NCBI GenBank assembly: GCA_009379925.1
Contig: WHSU01000012.1
Location: 16,419 to 80,418 of the forward strand
Length of the DNA: 64,000 bases
Direction of reading: 5' to 3'
Source: Dehalococcoidia bacterium
GTDB lineage: Bacteria; Chloroflexota; Dehalococcoidia; UBA2979
Part shown: positions 53,943-64,000 of the stretch, piece after piece
Layout: each line of letters starts with the position of its first letter
Numbering within the stretch: the stretch's first letter is position 1
Position numbers and translations under genes: made by a program
Notes under the pieces: generated by a model
What the model was told of the DNA's origin: nothing
The model's input: only the letters and a program-made list of their open reading frames with translations
Databases searched by the model: none

Positions 53943-54410
53943 ATGGAGGCAGGCTACCGAGTCGACCGCAACACGCTCCGGACCAACCAGGCCTTCATCG
54001 TCGGGGGCACCGTAATCGCGTTCGTCCTCGGCGCCGAGGTGGGCGTCTGGCTGATGCTGTTCACCGGCCTGGTCATGGCGCTGGGGACGCTGCACCCGCG
54101 GTTCGCCCTCTTCAAGCAGGTACACACGCGCATCCTGAGGCCCCGCGGCTGGCTCGGCGCCGACGTACACGCCGAGGACCCGATGCCGCATCAGTTCGCG
54201 CAGGGGATGGGCTCGGTCGTGCTGCTGGCGGCCGTCGTCGCCCTGCTGGCGGGGGCGACCACACTCGGCTGGGTGCTGAACTGGGTCGTGGCCGCGCTGG
54301 CGTTCGTCAACCTCTCGGTGCAGTTCTGCGCCGGGTGCTTCGTCTACTTCCAACTCGACCGCCTCGGGCTGTTGCCCCGTTCGATCGCCTCGAGCCGCGC
54401 CGCCCGATGA
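53943..54410 (+). CDS. DUF4395 family membrane protein
   Basis: D....R.NQ, ED..P..FAQ..G, LN....FC.GC..Y. Confidence 0.85.
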   Translation: MEAGYRVDRNTLRTNQAFIVGGTVIAFVLGAEVGVWLMLFTGLVMALGTLHPRFALFKQVHTRILRPRGWLGADVHAEDPMPHQFAQGMGSVVLLAAVVALLAGATTLGWVLNWVVAALAFVNLSVQFCAGCFVYFQLDRLGLLPRSIASSRAAR

Positions 54411-54880
54411 TCGAACGCGCGCTCCTCGCACTTGTCTTCGTCGCCTCGTTCGCGGCCGTGATCGCGATCGCGCGGGCGTGGCTACGCCGCCGCGACCGGC
54501 GGATCGTCGAGCGCCTGCGCGCGGGCACGCCCCCGGGTGACGGCGGCGAGGTGACGCCCCGCATCGTGTACTTCACCACGGAGACCTGTGTGGTCTGCCG
54601 GGTCCAGCAGGAACCGGCCATCGAGCGGCTGCGGGAGCGGGTCCCGGCCTTGCGCGTCGAGCGACACGACGCGGTGGCGGAGGGTGTCCTGGCGCACGAG
54701 TACGGAGTGCTCTCGGTGCCGACGACCGCCGTCTACGCGCGGGACGGGGAGTTGGTGGCGGTGAACCGCGGCTACGCGCCGGCCGCGGTCCTGCTGGCAC
54801 AACTCGAGGGCCTCGACCCAATGCTGGATGGTGGCGCGGCCATGGCGTCCGACGCGCTCGACGGCGCGACCAACCACTGA
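54407..54880 (+). CDS. Membrane-anchored thioredoxin-family protein
   Basis: N-terminal TM, FTT.TCVVC, YGVLSVPTT; ATGA coupling. Confidence 0.85.
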   Translation: MIERALLALVFVASFAAVIAIARAWLRRRDRRIVERLRAGTPPGDGGEVTPRIVYFTTETCVVCRVQQEPAIERLRERVPALRVERHDAVAEGVLAHEYGVLSVPTTAVYARDGELVAVNRGYAPAAVLLAQLEGLDPMLDGGAAMASDALDGATNH

Positions 54881-54954
54881 CCGATGCCCTACGATCGGCG
54901 GGATATGGCACGCATCCCGCCGCGACACGCGCACACCCGAGCCACGGAGCACCG

Positions 54955-55887
54955 ATGATCACCGTCCTGGCCGGGGGCGTCGGCGCCGCGCGCTTCCTCG
55001 CGGGCCTCGCGCAGCGCGTCTCCCCGCGCGAGGTCACAGCGATCTGCAACGTGGGCGACGACTTCGAATGGCACGGGCTGCACGTCTCACCCGACATCGA
55101 CACGGTCATCTACACGCTCGCGGGCATCGAGGGTGAACTGGGTTGGGGTCTGCGGGACGACACGCGCGTCACCCTGGCGGCGCTCGCGGGGTTGGGCGCC
55201 GAGGCGTGGTTCGGCATCGGTGACCGGGACCTGGCGACGCACCTGCTGCGGACGGAACGGCTGGGCGCGGGCGTGCCGCTGAGCGCCGTCACGGCCGAAC
55301 TGGCACGCGCACACGGCATCGAGGTGCGCCTGCTGCCGGTGACGGATGACCCGCACCCGACGATGGTGCTCACGGGCGAGGGCGAGTTGCCCTTCCAGGA
55401 GTACTTCGTGCGGCGGCGTGCACAGGACGCCGTCCGAGGCTTCCGCTTCCCCGGCGCACTCGATGCGCGGCACGCACCGGGCGTCATCGAGGCACTGCGG
55501 GAGGCCGAGGTGGTGGTCATCGCGCCGAGCAACCCGTTCGTCTCGATTGACCCGATGCTCCAGGTACCGGGTGTGCGGGCGGCGCTGGAGCAGACGCGCG
55601 CAAGACGGGTCGCGGTGTCGCCCATCGTGGGTGGCCAGGCCATCAAGGGCCCCGCCGCGGCGATGCTGGGTGCGCTGGGCCACGAGGTCTCCGCGCTAGG
55701 TGTCGCGCGCCTCTATCGAGGGCTCATCGACACCTTCGTCCTGGACACTGTGGACGCTACCCTCGTGCCGGACGTGGAGGCCCTGGGAATGCGGGCTGTA
55801 GCCATCGACACCATGATGCAGGGCGACGACGGGCGTCGGCGCGTGGCCGCCGGCGTGCTCGAAGCGCTCGATGTGTCGCCGTCGTGA
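54955..55887 (+). CDS. cofD: 2-phospho-L-lactate transferase
   Basis: LAGGVGAARF, NVGDD, PDIDT, LPFQEYFV, PSNP.VSI, IKGPA. Confidence 0.95.
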   Translation: MITVLAGGVGAARFLAGLAQRVSPREVTAICNVGDDFEWHGLHVSPDIDTVIYTLAGIEGELGWGLRDDTRVTLAALAGLGAEAWFGIGDRDLATHLLRTERLGAGVPLSAVTAELARAHGIEVRLLPVTDDPHPTMVLTGEGELPFQEYFVRRRAQDAVRGFRFPGALDARHAPGVIEALREAEVVVIAPSNPFVSIDPMLQVPGVRAALEQTRARRVAVSPIVGGQAIKGPAAAMLGALGHEVSALGVARLYRGLIDTFVLDTVDATLVPDVEALGMRAVAIDTMMQGDDGRRRVAAGVLEALDVSPS

Positions 55888-56570
55888 GCGCGGGCGGCCT
55901 GCGCATCGCCGTGATCGTGCCGGTGCAGCACGCCGGGCGCGGCAAGTCGCGCCTCGCGCCGCCGTTCGACGCGGAAGCGCGCCGGGCGCTGGTGCAGGGG
56001 ATGCTCGCCGACGTGCTGGCAGCGGTACGGGCGGCGCACGAGGGCCTGCTACTTGTCGTGAGCCCGGACAACGGCCACGAGGCGGCGGCGCGCGCGCAGG
56101 GGGCGGCGCTGCTGCTCGACGACGGCTCCGGCTACAACCAGGCCGCGCTCTTCGCGCTGCAGTCGGAGGTGCTGCGGGACATCGACGCGGCGCTGATTCT
56201 GCCCGCGGACCTGCCCCAGTTGCGCCCGGAGCACGTGCGCGTGCTCCTCGATGCGCTCGGCGGCCTCGAGGCCCCCGGCGTGCTGCTCGTGCCCTCTGAC
56301 GACGGGGGCACGGCGGCCCTGGGGCTGCGGCCGCCCGAGGCGATGGCGCCGGTCTTCGGCGTGGACTCGGCGCGCCGCCATCGCGCACGGGCGCATGCGC
56401 TGGGGCTGGCGCTCGTCGAGCCGCCGCTGAGCGACCTGTCTGTGGATGTGGACACGTTGGAGGACCTGCTGGAGGTCCGCCAGGACGTGGGTCCGGCGAC
56501 GGCACGCGCGCTGGCGACGTCCGCGCTGCCGGCGCTGGAGGAGATGCCGGCGCTCGAGGAGTCCGTGTGA
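55884..56570 (+). CDS. cofC: 2-phospho-L-lactate/PEP guanylyltransferase
   Basis: KSRL, ML.DV, ADLP, GGT..L, FG..S...H, DVDT..DL. Confidence 0.93.
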   Translation: MSAGGLRIAVIVPVQHAGRGKSRLAPPFDAEARRALVQGMLADVLAAVRAAHEGLLLVVSPDNGHEAAARAQGAALLLDDGSGYNQAALFALQSEVLRDIDAALILPADLPQLRPEHVRVLLDALGGLEAPGVLLVPSDDGGTAALGLRPPEAMAPVFGVDSARRHRARAHALGLALVEPPLSDLSVDVDTLEDLLEVRQDVGPATARALATSALPALEEMPALEESV

Positions 56571-57166
56571 GCATCGATGACGCGATCCGCCGCCGGCGGT
56601 CGATCCGCGGGTTGCAGGGGCCTCCGCTGGAGCCAGCCGAAGTGGAGCGGCTGGTCGCGCTGGCGCTGACCGCGCCGGCGCCCCACCACACGCAGCCGTG
56701 GCGCTTCGTCGACATCTCGCCGGATCGGCGGGACACTCTCGCGACCGCCATGGGCGCAACGTGGCGAGCCGACATGGAGCGTGACGGCGTGCCCCGGGCG
56801 CAGCAGGAGCGGGCCCTGGCGCGCTCGCGGAGGCAGGTCGAGGAAGCGCCCACGCTGCTCCTCGGCTGCCTGGTGCCCGACGGGCTGCGCCGCTACGAGG
56901 ACGACCGCTGGCGCGCGGAGTGGGGGCTGGCGCAGCAGTCCTTCGGGGCGGCGATGCAAAACATCCTGCTGTCCGCCTCGGAAGCTGGCCTCGGCGCCTT
57001 CTGGATCTCCGCGCCGCTGTATGCGGGAGACGCCGTACGCTCCGCCCTCGGCCTCGATGCTGAGTGGGCGCCACAGGCGTTCATCGCCCTGGGCCGCCGC
57101 GACGCGGCCTACCAGCCGTTCGACCGGCCCGAGCCGGACCTCGGGCGGCACGTCGTGCGGCGGTAG
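56567..57166 (+). CDS. fbiE: Stand-alone nitroreductase resembling the FbiB C-terminal domain (dehydro-F420 reductase candidate)
   Basis: RRSIR, APAPHHTQPWRF, GAAMQNILL..GLG..W; coupled to cofD-cofC. Confidence 0.75.
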   Translation: MSIDDAIRRRRSIRGLQGPPLEPAEVERLVALALTAPAPHHTQPWRFVDISPDRRDTLATAMGATWRADMERDGVPRAQQERALARSRRQVEEAPTLLLGCLVPDGLRRYEDDRWRAEWGLAQQSFGAAMQNILLSASEAGLGAFWISAPLYAGDAVRSALGLDAEWAPQAFIALGRRDAAYQPFDRPEPDLGRHVVRR

Positions 57167-57233
57167 ACAGGGACGCGCCCCTGCCGTCCCAGACTGCCGA
57201 GGGGAGCAAGGCCTTGCGCGCCCAACCGGCGCC

Positions 57234-57929
57234 TCAGTCCGCCAGCTCCAGCATCCCCGGCAGGTCGTGCAGCGAGTCGATGCGGGCGACGTCGGCCTCG
57301 AGGGCACGGCGGCGGCGGTCCACGAGGATGGCGGGCATGCCAAGGGCGTGCGCGGGGTGAATGTCGTTCTCAAGACGATCGCCAACCGAGACGGCCGTCG
57401 CCGGCGCACCACCGACGGCCTCCAGGGCGCCGAGGAAGAAGCGCGTGTCCGGCTTGGCAACGCCCGCGACCTCGGCGTGGTGGACGGCGGTCAGGTACGG
57501 AAAGAACGCCTGCGCATCGAGGGCGGCGTTACCGTTGCTGGCAGCCACCAGCGTGAACCCACGTTCGCAGAGATCGCGAAGCACCGGCTCGACATCGTCG
57601 TAGGGGCGCAGCGCCTCATCGCGGACGCGGTAGTACGTGGCGCTCACTTCCACGACCGCCTCGGGCGTGGTGACGCCGCCTTCGACGAGCACGCGACGGA
57701 AGGACTCGTCGCGGATCTCGCGGAGGGTGCGTGCGCCCCATTCCTCGGCGTAGACCAACTCGCGGAACTGACGCAGGTCTGCCGCTGTCACCACACCGCC
57801 GCACAGCTCGGAGGCATGCGCCGCCGAGGCCTCGAGGGCGGCCACGAGCGCCGCTTCGAAGTCGACGAGGGTACCGTCGACATCGAGGATGACGTGGGAG
57901 ACGCGAAAGGTAGGGCGCTGCTCGGCCAT
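57234..57929 (-). CDS. HAD-superfamily hydrolase
   Basis: DVDGTL, SNG, KP, VGD...ND motifs. Confidence 0.9.
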   Translation of the reverse strand: MAEQRPTFRVSHVILDVDGTLVDFEAALVAALEASAAHASELCGGVVTAADLRQFRELVYAEEWGARTLREIRDESFRRVLVEGGVTTPEAVVEVSATYYRVRDEALRPYDDVEPVLRDLCERGFTLVAASNGNAALDAQAFFPYLTAVHHAEVAGVAKPDTRFFLGALEAVGGAPATAVSVGDRLENDIHPAHALGMPAILVDRRRRALEADVARIDSLHDLPGMLELAD

Positions 57930-57950
57930 CGCGCGCCCTCCCAGCTTCGC

Positions 57951-58343
57951 CTAGGCGTCCTGCGAGCGGTCGAGTACGACCACGCGCTCGGTCACGTCGT
58001 CCGCTTCGACGAAGTCGCTGTGTGCGCCGGTGTGGCAGACGGCGCCCGTCAGCTCAACCTGGACGAGCAGGACGTCCTGGTCGCAGTCGGTCTTCACGCC
58101 CACGACATTGAAGTAGTCTCCCGACGTGGCGCCTTTGTGCCAGACCTCCTGGCGGCTGCGCGACCAGAAGACCGCCTGCCCGATCTCGAGGGTCTGGCGC
58201 AGCGTCTGTTCGTTCATGAAGCCGACCATCACGACCTCGTTGGTCTCGGCTACCTGGATGATGGCCGGGATCAGGCCGCGCTCGTCGTATTTCAGGTCGT
58301 CTGGTGCGTAGACGCCGAAGGGCGCCTCTGCGGTGTCGGTCAT
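57951..58343 (-). CDS. hisI: Phosphoribosyl-AMP cyclohydrolase
   Basis: FWSRSRQ.VW.KG.TSG, DCD.D, CHTG. Confidence 0.93.
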   Translation of the reverse strand: MTDTAEAPFGVYAPDDLKYDERGLIPAIIQVAETNEVVMVGFMNEQTLRQTLEIGQAVFWSRSRQEVWHKGATSGDYFNVVGVKTDCDQDVLLVQVELTGAVCHTGAHSDFVEADDVTERVVVLDRSQDA

Positions 58344-58388
58344 AGTCTCGGATCCTTCGCTGTGCCGCCGATGATGCGCTGCCCTGCG

Positions 58389-59189
58389 CTACACCTCGAC
58401 GGCTGACTCGGCGTCCGCGGGCCGCATCGGCAGGCCGCGGTCCGCCAGGTAGCGCTTGAGGAAGGGGATGTCGTATTTGCCGAAATGGAAGATCGAGGCG
58501 GCCAGCACCGCGGCCGCGCCACCCTCGGTGAGCGCATCGTAGAGATGCTCCGGCTCGCCCGCGCCACCCGAGGCGATGACTGGCACCTCGACGGCGTCGC
58601 TGATCGCGCGGAGCAGCGCGAGGTCGTAGCCGTCCTGGTGGCCGTCCGTGTCCATGGAGGTCACCAGCAACTCACCCGCGCCGCGCTTGACGGCCTCGCG
58701 CACCCACTCGATGGCGTCGCGGCCGGTGGGAGTGCGTCCGCCGTGGGTGTAGACCTCCCACGACTGCGGCTGGCCGGCGGTCGAGGGGCGGCGCTTCGCG
58801 TCGACGGCCACGACGATGCACTGAGAGCCGAAGCGGTGCGCGCCCTCCTCGATGACCTCGGGGCGCTCGATGGCGGCGGTGTTGACGGAGACCTTGTCGG
58901 CGCCCATCTCGAGCATCATGCGCATGTCGTCACCGCTGCGGACGCCGCCGCCCACGGTGAGGGGGATGAACACCTGGTCGGCGGTGCGGGCGATCATGTC
59001 GTAGACGCTCGCGCGGCCGTCCGAGGACGCGGTGATGTCCAGGAACACCAGCTCGTCGGCGCCCGCGAGGTCGTACTTCGCGGCGAGTTCCACCGGGTCA
59101 CCGGCGTCGCGCAACTCGACGAAGGAGACGCCTTTTACGACGCGCCCGTTGTCCACGTCGAAGCATGGGATGATGCGCTTGGTCAGCAT
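58389..59189 (-). CDS. hisF: Imidazole glycerol phosphate synthase cyclase subunit
   Basis: [37 protein letters not shown]. Confidence 0.97.
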   Translation of the reverse strand: MLTKRIIPCFDVDNGRVVKGVSFVELRDAGDPVELAAKYDLAGADELVFLDITASSDGRASVYDMIARTADQVFIPLTVGGGVRSGDDMRMMLEMGADKVSVNTAAIERPEVIEEGAHRFGSQCIVVAVDAKRRPSTAGQPQSWEVYTHGGRTPTGRDAIEWVREAVKRGAGELLVTSMDTDGHQDGYDLALLRAISDAVEVPVIASGGAGEPEHLYDALTEGGAAAVLAASIFHFGKYDIPFLKRYLADRGLPMRPADAESAVEV

Positions 59190-59254
59190 GGATCCAGTAT
59201 GCGAGATGCCGGGCGTGAGCGCGCGGGGCCCCTTCGACAGCGGACGGCGATGTG

Positions 59255-59968
59255 CTAGCTGGCGGCGAACACTGCCTCGCGGAGCTGCATCTGGCCGCTG
59301 TAGAGGGCAGCGTTGATGATGGCGCCCTCGACCCCGCAATCGGCCAGCCGCTGCACATCCTCGACGGTCGAGACGCCACCGTTTGCGATCACGGCGACGG
59401 AGGTGTCGGAGATGAGCCGCTGGTACATCTCGAAGTGCGGGCCGTCCTGGATGCCGTCCCGCATGATGTCGGTGTAGATGACCCGCACGACGCCCATGGC
59501 GGCGAGCCGCTCGATGAAGATGCGCGCGTCCAGGCGGGTGGACTCCGTCCATCCCGCGAGGCTGACATAGCCGTTGCGCGCGTCGACGGACACGATCAGT
59601 CGGTTGCCGGCGAGGGCGACGGCCTCCCGCAGCAGGGCGGGGTCCTTCACGGCGGCCGTGCCGATGACCGCGCGGTCGACCCCGGAATGGAGGGTGGCCT
59701 GCAGCGTCGGAAGGTCGCGGATCCCACCGCCCGTCTGGATCTTGCAGTCCACGGTGTTCACGATGCGTTCGACGATCGCGGCGTTGGCCTGGCGGCCGTC
59801 CCGCGCCCCATCGAGGTCCACGACGTGGATGCGCGTGGCGCCCAGGGCAGCCCAGCGGTGCGCCAGGCGGACGGGGTCCTCACCGGTCACGATCTCGCGT
59901 GAGTAGTCGCCCTGTTCGAGGCAGACGCCGCGTCCACCTCGAATGTCGATAGCCGGGATGACCTCCAT
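59255..59968 (-). CDS. hisA: ProFAR isomerase HisA (divergent)
   Basis: [27 protein letters not shown]; position between hisH and hisF. Confidence 0.85.
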   Translation of the reverse strand: MEVIPAIDIRGGRGVCLEQGDYSREIVTGEDPVRLAHRWAALGATRIHVVDLDGARDGRQANAAIVERIVNTVDCKIQTGGGIRDLPTLQATLHSGVDRAVIGTAAVKDPALLREAVALAGNRLIVSVDARNGYVSLAGWTESTRLDARIFIERLAAMGVVRVIYTDIMRDGIQDGPHFEMYQRLISDTSVAVIANGGVSTVEDVQRLADCGVEGAIINAALYSGQMQLREAVFAAS

Positions 59969-59983
59969 GCTGTCCGTCGCCTC

Positions 59984-60634
59984 TCACGCCACCGACGCGG
60001 TGGCCGGCCCGATGGTGCCGCGCTCACGGGCCAACCGCAGGAAGTTCGCGTACAGGCGCAGCCCCTGGCGGCCCGACTTCTCAGGGTGGAACTGCGTGGC
60101 GATCACGTTGTCCCGTCCCACTACCGAGGGGAAACGGACACCTTCGTACTCCGTCTCCCCAATCACAATCGTCGGTTCATCAGGTTGGGGGCGATAGGAG
60201 TGGAGAAAGTAAAAGTAGGAATCCTGTGGGATGCCCTCGAACACCGGGTGGTCGGCGACGCGCACGGTGTTCCAGCCCATGTGTGGGACCGTCATGCCCT
60301 GCGGGAAGCGCACAATGCGTCCTGGTAGCACGCCCAGGCACTCGTGGCGGCCGCCTTCCTCCGAGTAGTCGAAGAGCGCCTGCATGCCCATGCAGACACC
60401 CAGGAAGGGCTTGCCGGAGGCGATGAAATCCAGGACGGGGCCGTCCAGACCGCCCTCGCGTAGGTGCGTCATGGTGTCTTCGGCTGCGCCGACGCCCGGC
60501 ACGATGAGGACACGGGCCCGCTCGACGACGCGCGCCTCGGCGGTCACGACGGCATCGACGCCGGCATGCGCGACGGCGCGCGCCACGCTGCGGAGGTTCC
60601 CCGCGCCGTAGTCGACGATCACCACCTCGGACAT
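59984..60634 (-). CDS. hisH: Imidazole glycerol phosphate synthase glutaminase subunit
   Basis: DYGAGNLRSV, PGVG, LGVCMGMQ, PHMGWN, QFHPEKS. Confidence 0.97.
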   Translation of the reverse strand: MSEVVIVDYGAGNLRSVARAVAHAGVDAVVTAEARVVERARVLIVPGVGAAEDTMTHLREGGLDGPVLDFIASGKPFLGVCMGMQALFDYSEEGGRHECLGVLPGRIVRFPQGMTVPHMGWNTVRVADHPVFEGIPQDSYFYFLHSYRPQPDEPTIVIGETEYEGVRFPSVVGRDNVIATQFHPEKSGRQGLRLYANFLRLARERGTIGPATASVA

Positions 60635-60761
60635 GCCGAACCTGCTCGCTCCCTGGCTCGCGGCGCCCGCCTAACCCGCTGTCTCGCTTACATCGATTGT
60701 ACCGCGACACTCGTTACGAACGTCTGACGCGCTTATCACAACTCGATCGCAATCGGCCTAG

Positions 60762-62852
<2,091 letters not shown>

Positions 62853-62853
62853 G

Positions 62854-63984
62854 TTGGCGACCGCACCGACGGACGTGAAGAAGCTCCGCGAATACTACGC
62901 GGAGGAGGTGGACGGGCTCTACATCTACCACCAGCTGGCCGAGCTGGAGGAGGACGAGTCCATCAAGGACGTCTACCGCCAGCTTGCCGCCGTCGAACAG
63001 AAGCACCTGGACCTCTGGCGGGACGAGTTGCGCAAGGTGGGCGTCGACCCCGGCGACGTACCGCCCTCGAGGCGCGCGCGGACGCTGATGTGGATCGCGC
63101 GGCGCTTCGGCGCGGACCTGGTGCTCCCAATCATCAAGAGCTTCGAGACCGACGCCACGGATATGTACCTGGGCGACGCGGTCGCGGAGGCCGCCGGGCT
63201 CCCTGAGGACGAGGCGTCGCACGCGCGCATCTTCGCGGCGATCGCCAGTTCGCGTGGGAACCCGGCGGGCTCGGTGATCGGGCGCATCGAGTCGCGGCAT
63301 CGGGCGCTCGGGGGCGGGAACGCGTTGCGGGCGTCCGTGCTGGGCGCCAACGACGGCCTGGTGTCCAACCTGGCGCTGGTGATGGGCGTCGCCGGCGCGG
63401 CGCCCGGACAGGCGACCGTTGTCCTCGCCGGCGTCGCCGGCCTGATCGCCGGCAGCTTCTCCATGGCCCTGGGCGAGTGGATCTCCGTGACCTCCTCGCG
63501 GGAGGCGGCGGAGGCGCAGCTGCGGGTCGAGGAGGAAGAGCTACGGCTGATGCCGGAGGCCGAGGCGGAAGAGTTGGCGCTCATCTACCAGGCCAAGGGA
63601 CTCCCTCGAGAGGACGCCGAGGCGCTGGCGATGCGCCTCATGGCCGACCCGGACACCGCGCTGGGCACGCTCGCCCGCGAGGAACTGGGGATCGTGCCGG
63701 AGGACCTCGGTTCGCCGTGGGCGGCTGCCTTCGCCTCGCTGATCCTGTTTGGGGGGGGAGCAGTCATCCCGCTCCTGCCGTTCCTCTTCGGGGCCGGGAC
63801 GGCGGCCGTGCTGGTCAGCGCGGTGCTCTCCGGCCTGGCGCTGTTCCTGCTGGGCGGCGGGATCACGCTGCTGACCGGACGCGACTGGCTCTACTCGGGC
63901 GGACGCCAGGTCGTGCTGGGGCTGGCGGCCGCCGCAGTGACGTACGTCGTGGGGTCGCTCGTCGGCGGCGTAGCGGGCGTCTGA
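62854..63984 (+). CDS. Rubrerythrin/ferritin-like domain fused to VIT1/CCC1 transporter
   Basis: N-terminal E..Y..LA..E...E..H; LRA.VLGANDGLVS, SMALGE motifs. Confidence 0.88.
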   Translation: MATAPTDVKKLREYYAEEVDGLYIYHQLAELEEDESIKDVYRQLAAVEQKHLDLWRDELRKVGVDPGDVPPSRRARTLMWIARRFGADLVLPIIKSFETDATDMYLGDAVAEAAGLPEDEASHARIFAAIASSRGNPAGSVIGRIESRHRALGGGNALRASVLGANDGLVSNLALVMGVAGAAPGQATVVLAGVAGLIAGSFSMALGEWISVTSSREAAEAQLRVEEEELRLMPEAEAEELALIYQAKGLPREDAEALAMRLMADPDTALGTLAREELGIVPEDLGSPWAAAFASLILFGGGAVIPLLPFLFGAGTAAVLVSAVLSGLALFLLGGGITLLTGRDWLYSGGRQVVLGLAAAAVTYVVGSLVGGVAGV

Positions 63985-64000
63985 CGCCGCCCGCCTACCC

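Noticed and set aside
60733..60741. DnaA-box-like TTATCACAA between hisH and ligA
   Set aside because: Single copy with mismatches and no origin context

Overview
GC-rich bacterial chromosome segment. Gene content and order (ppdK/dgt-dnaG-rpoD, rplU-rpmA-rpmE-DUF1385, alpha2-type GlyRS, F420 genes, class F-like sortase, GAAC-N4-GTTC-type LexA box) suggest Chloroflexota, probably Dehalococcoidia-related (inference). Most of the window is housekeeping: rluB-cmk-plsC-glmS, ppdK, dgt, dnaG-rpoD, mazG, pcrA, tRNA-Phe, uvrA, glyQS, hppA, rnhB-yraN, ftsH, rplU-rpmA-rpmE, cofD-cofC-fbiE, hisH-hisA-hisF-hisI and ligA. The standout is a compact IS110 element (45597-46740, minus strand) inserted at a duplicated CT core inside a REP-like repeat. 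Its non-coding left end reads as a bridge RNA: two internal loops carry guides matching the REP target (TTCGCCCT, GGCTCAG) and the element's own circle junction (ACGGTTG, ATACAAG), and circularisation would create a TTGCTT-17 nt-GAGAAT promoter. Other signals: about 13 genes with leaderless architecture, including a 20-bp bidirectional promoter; a probable ATC start for cmk; a degenerate HD-GYP protein facing a c-di-AMP receptor; a HisA with altered phosphate-site residues; a sortase-substrate pair with an IPPLG motif; a nested-hairpin ncRNA candidate; and a frameshifted GNAT gene. All calls come from reading the sequence; no database searches were run.
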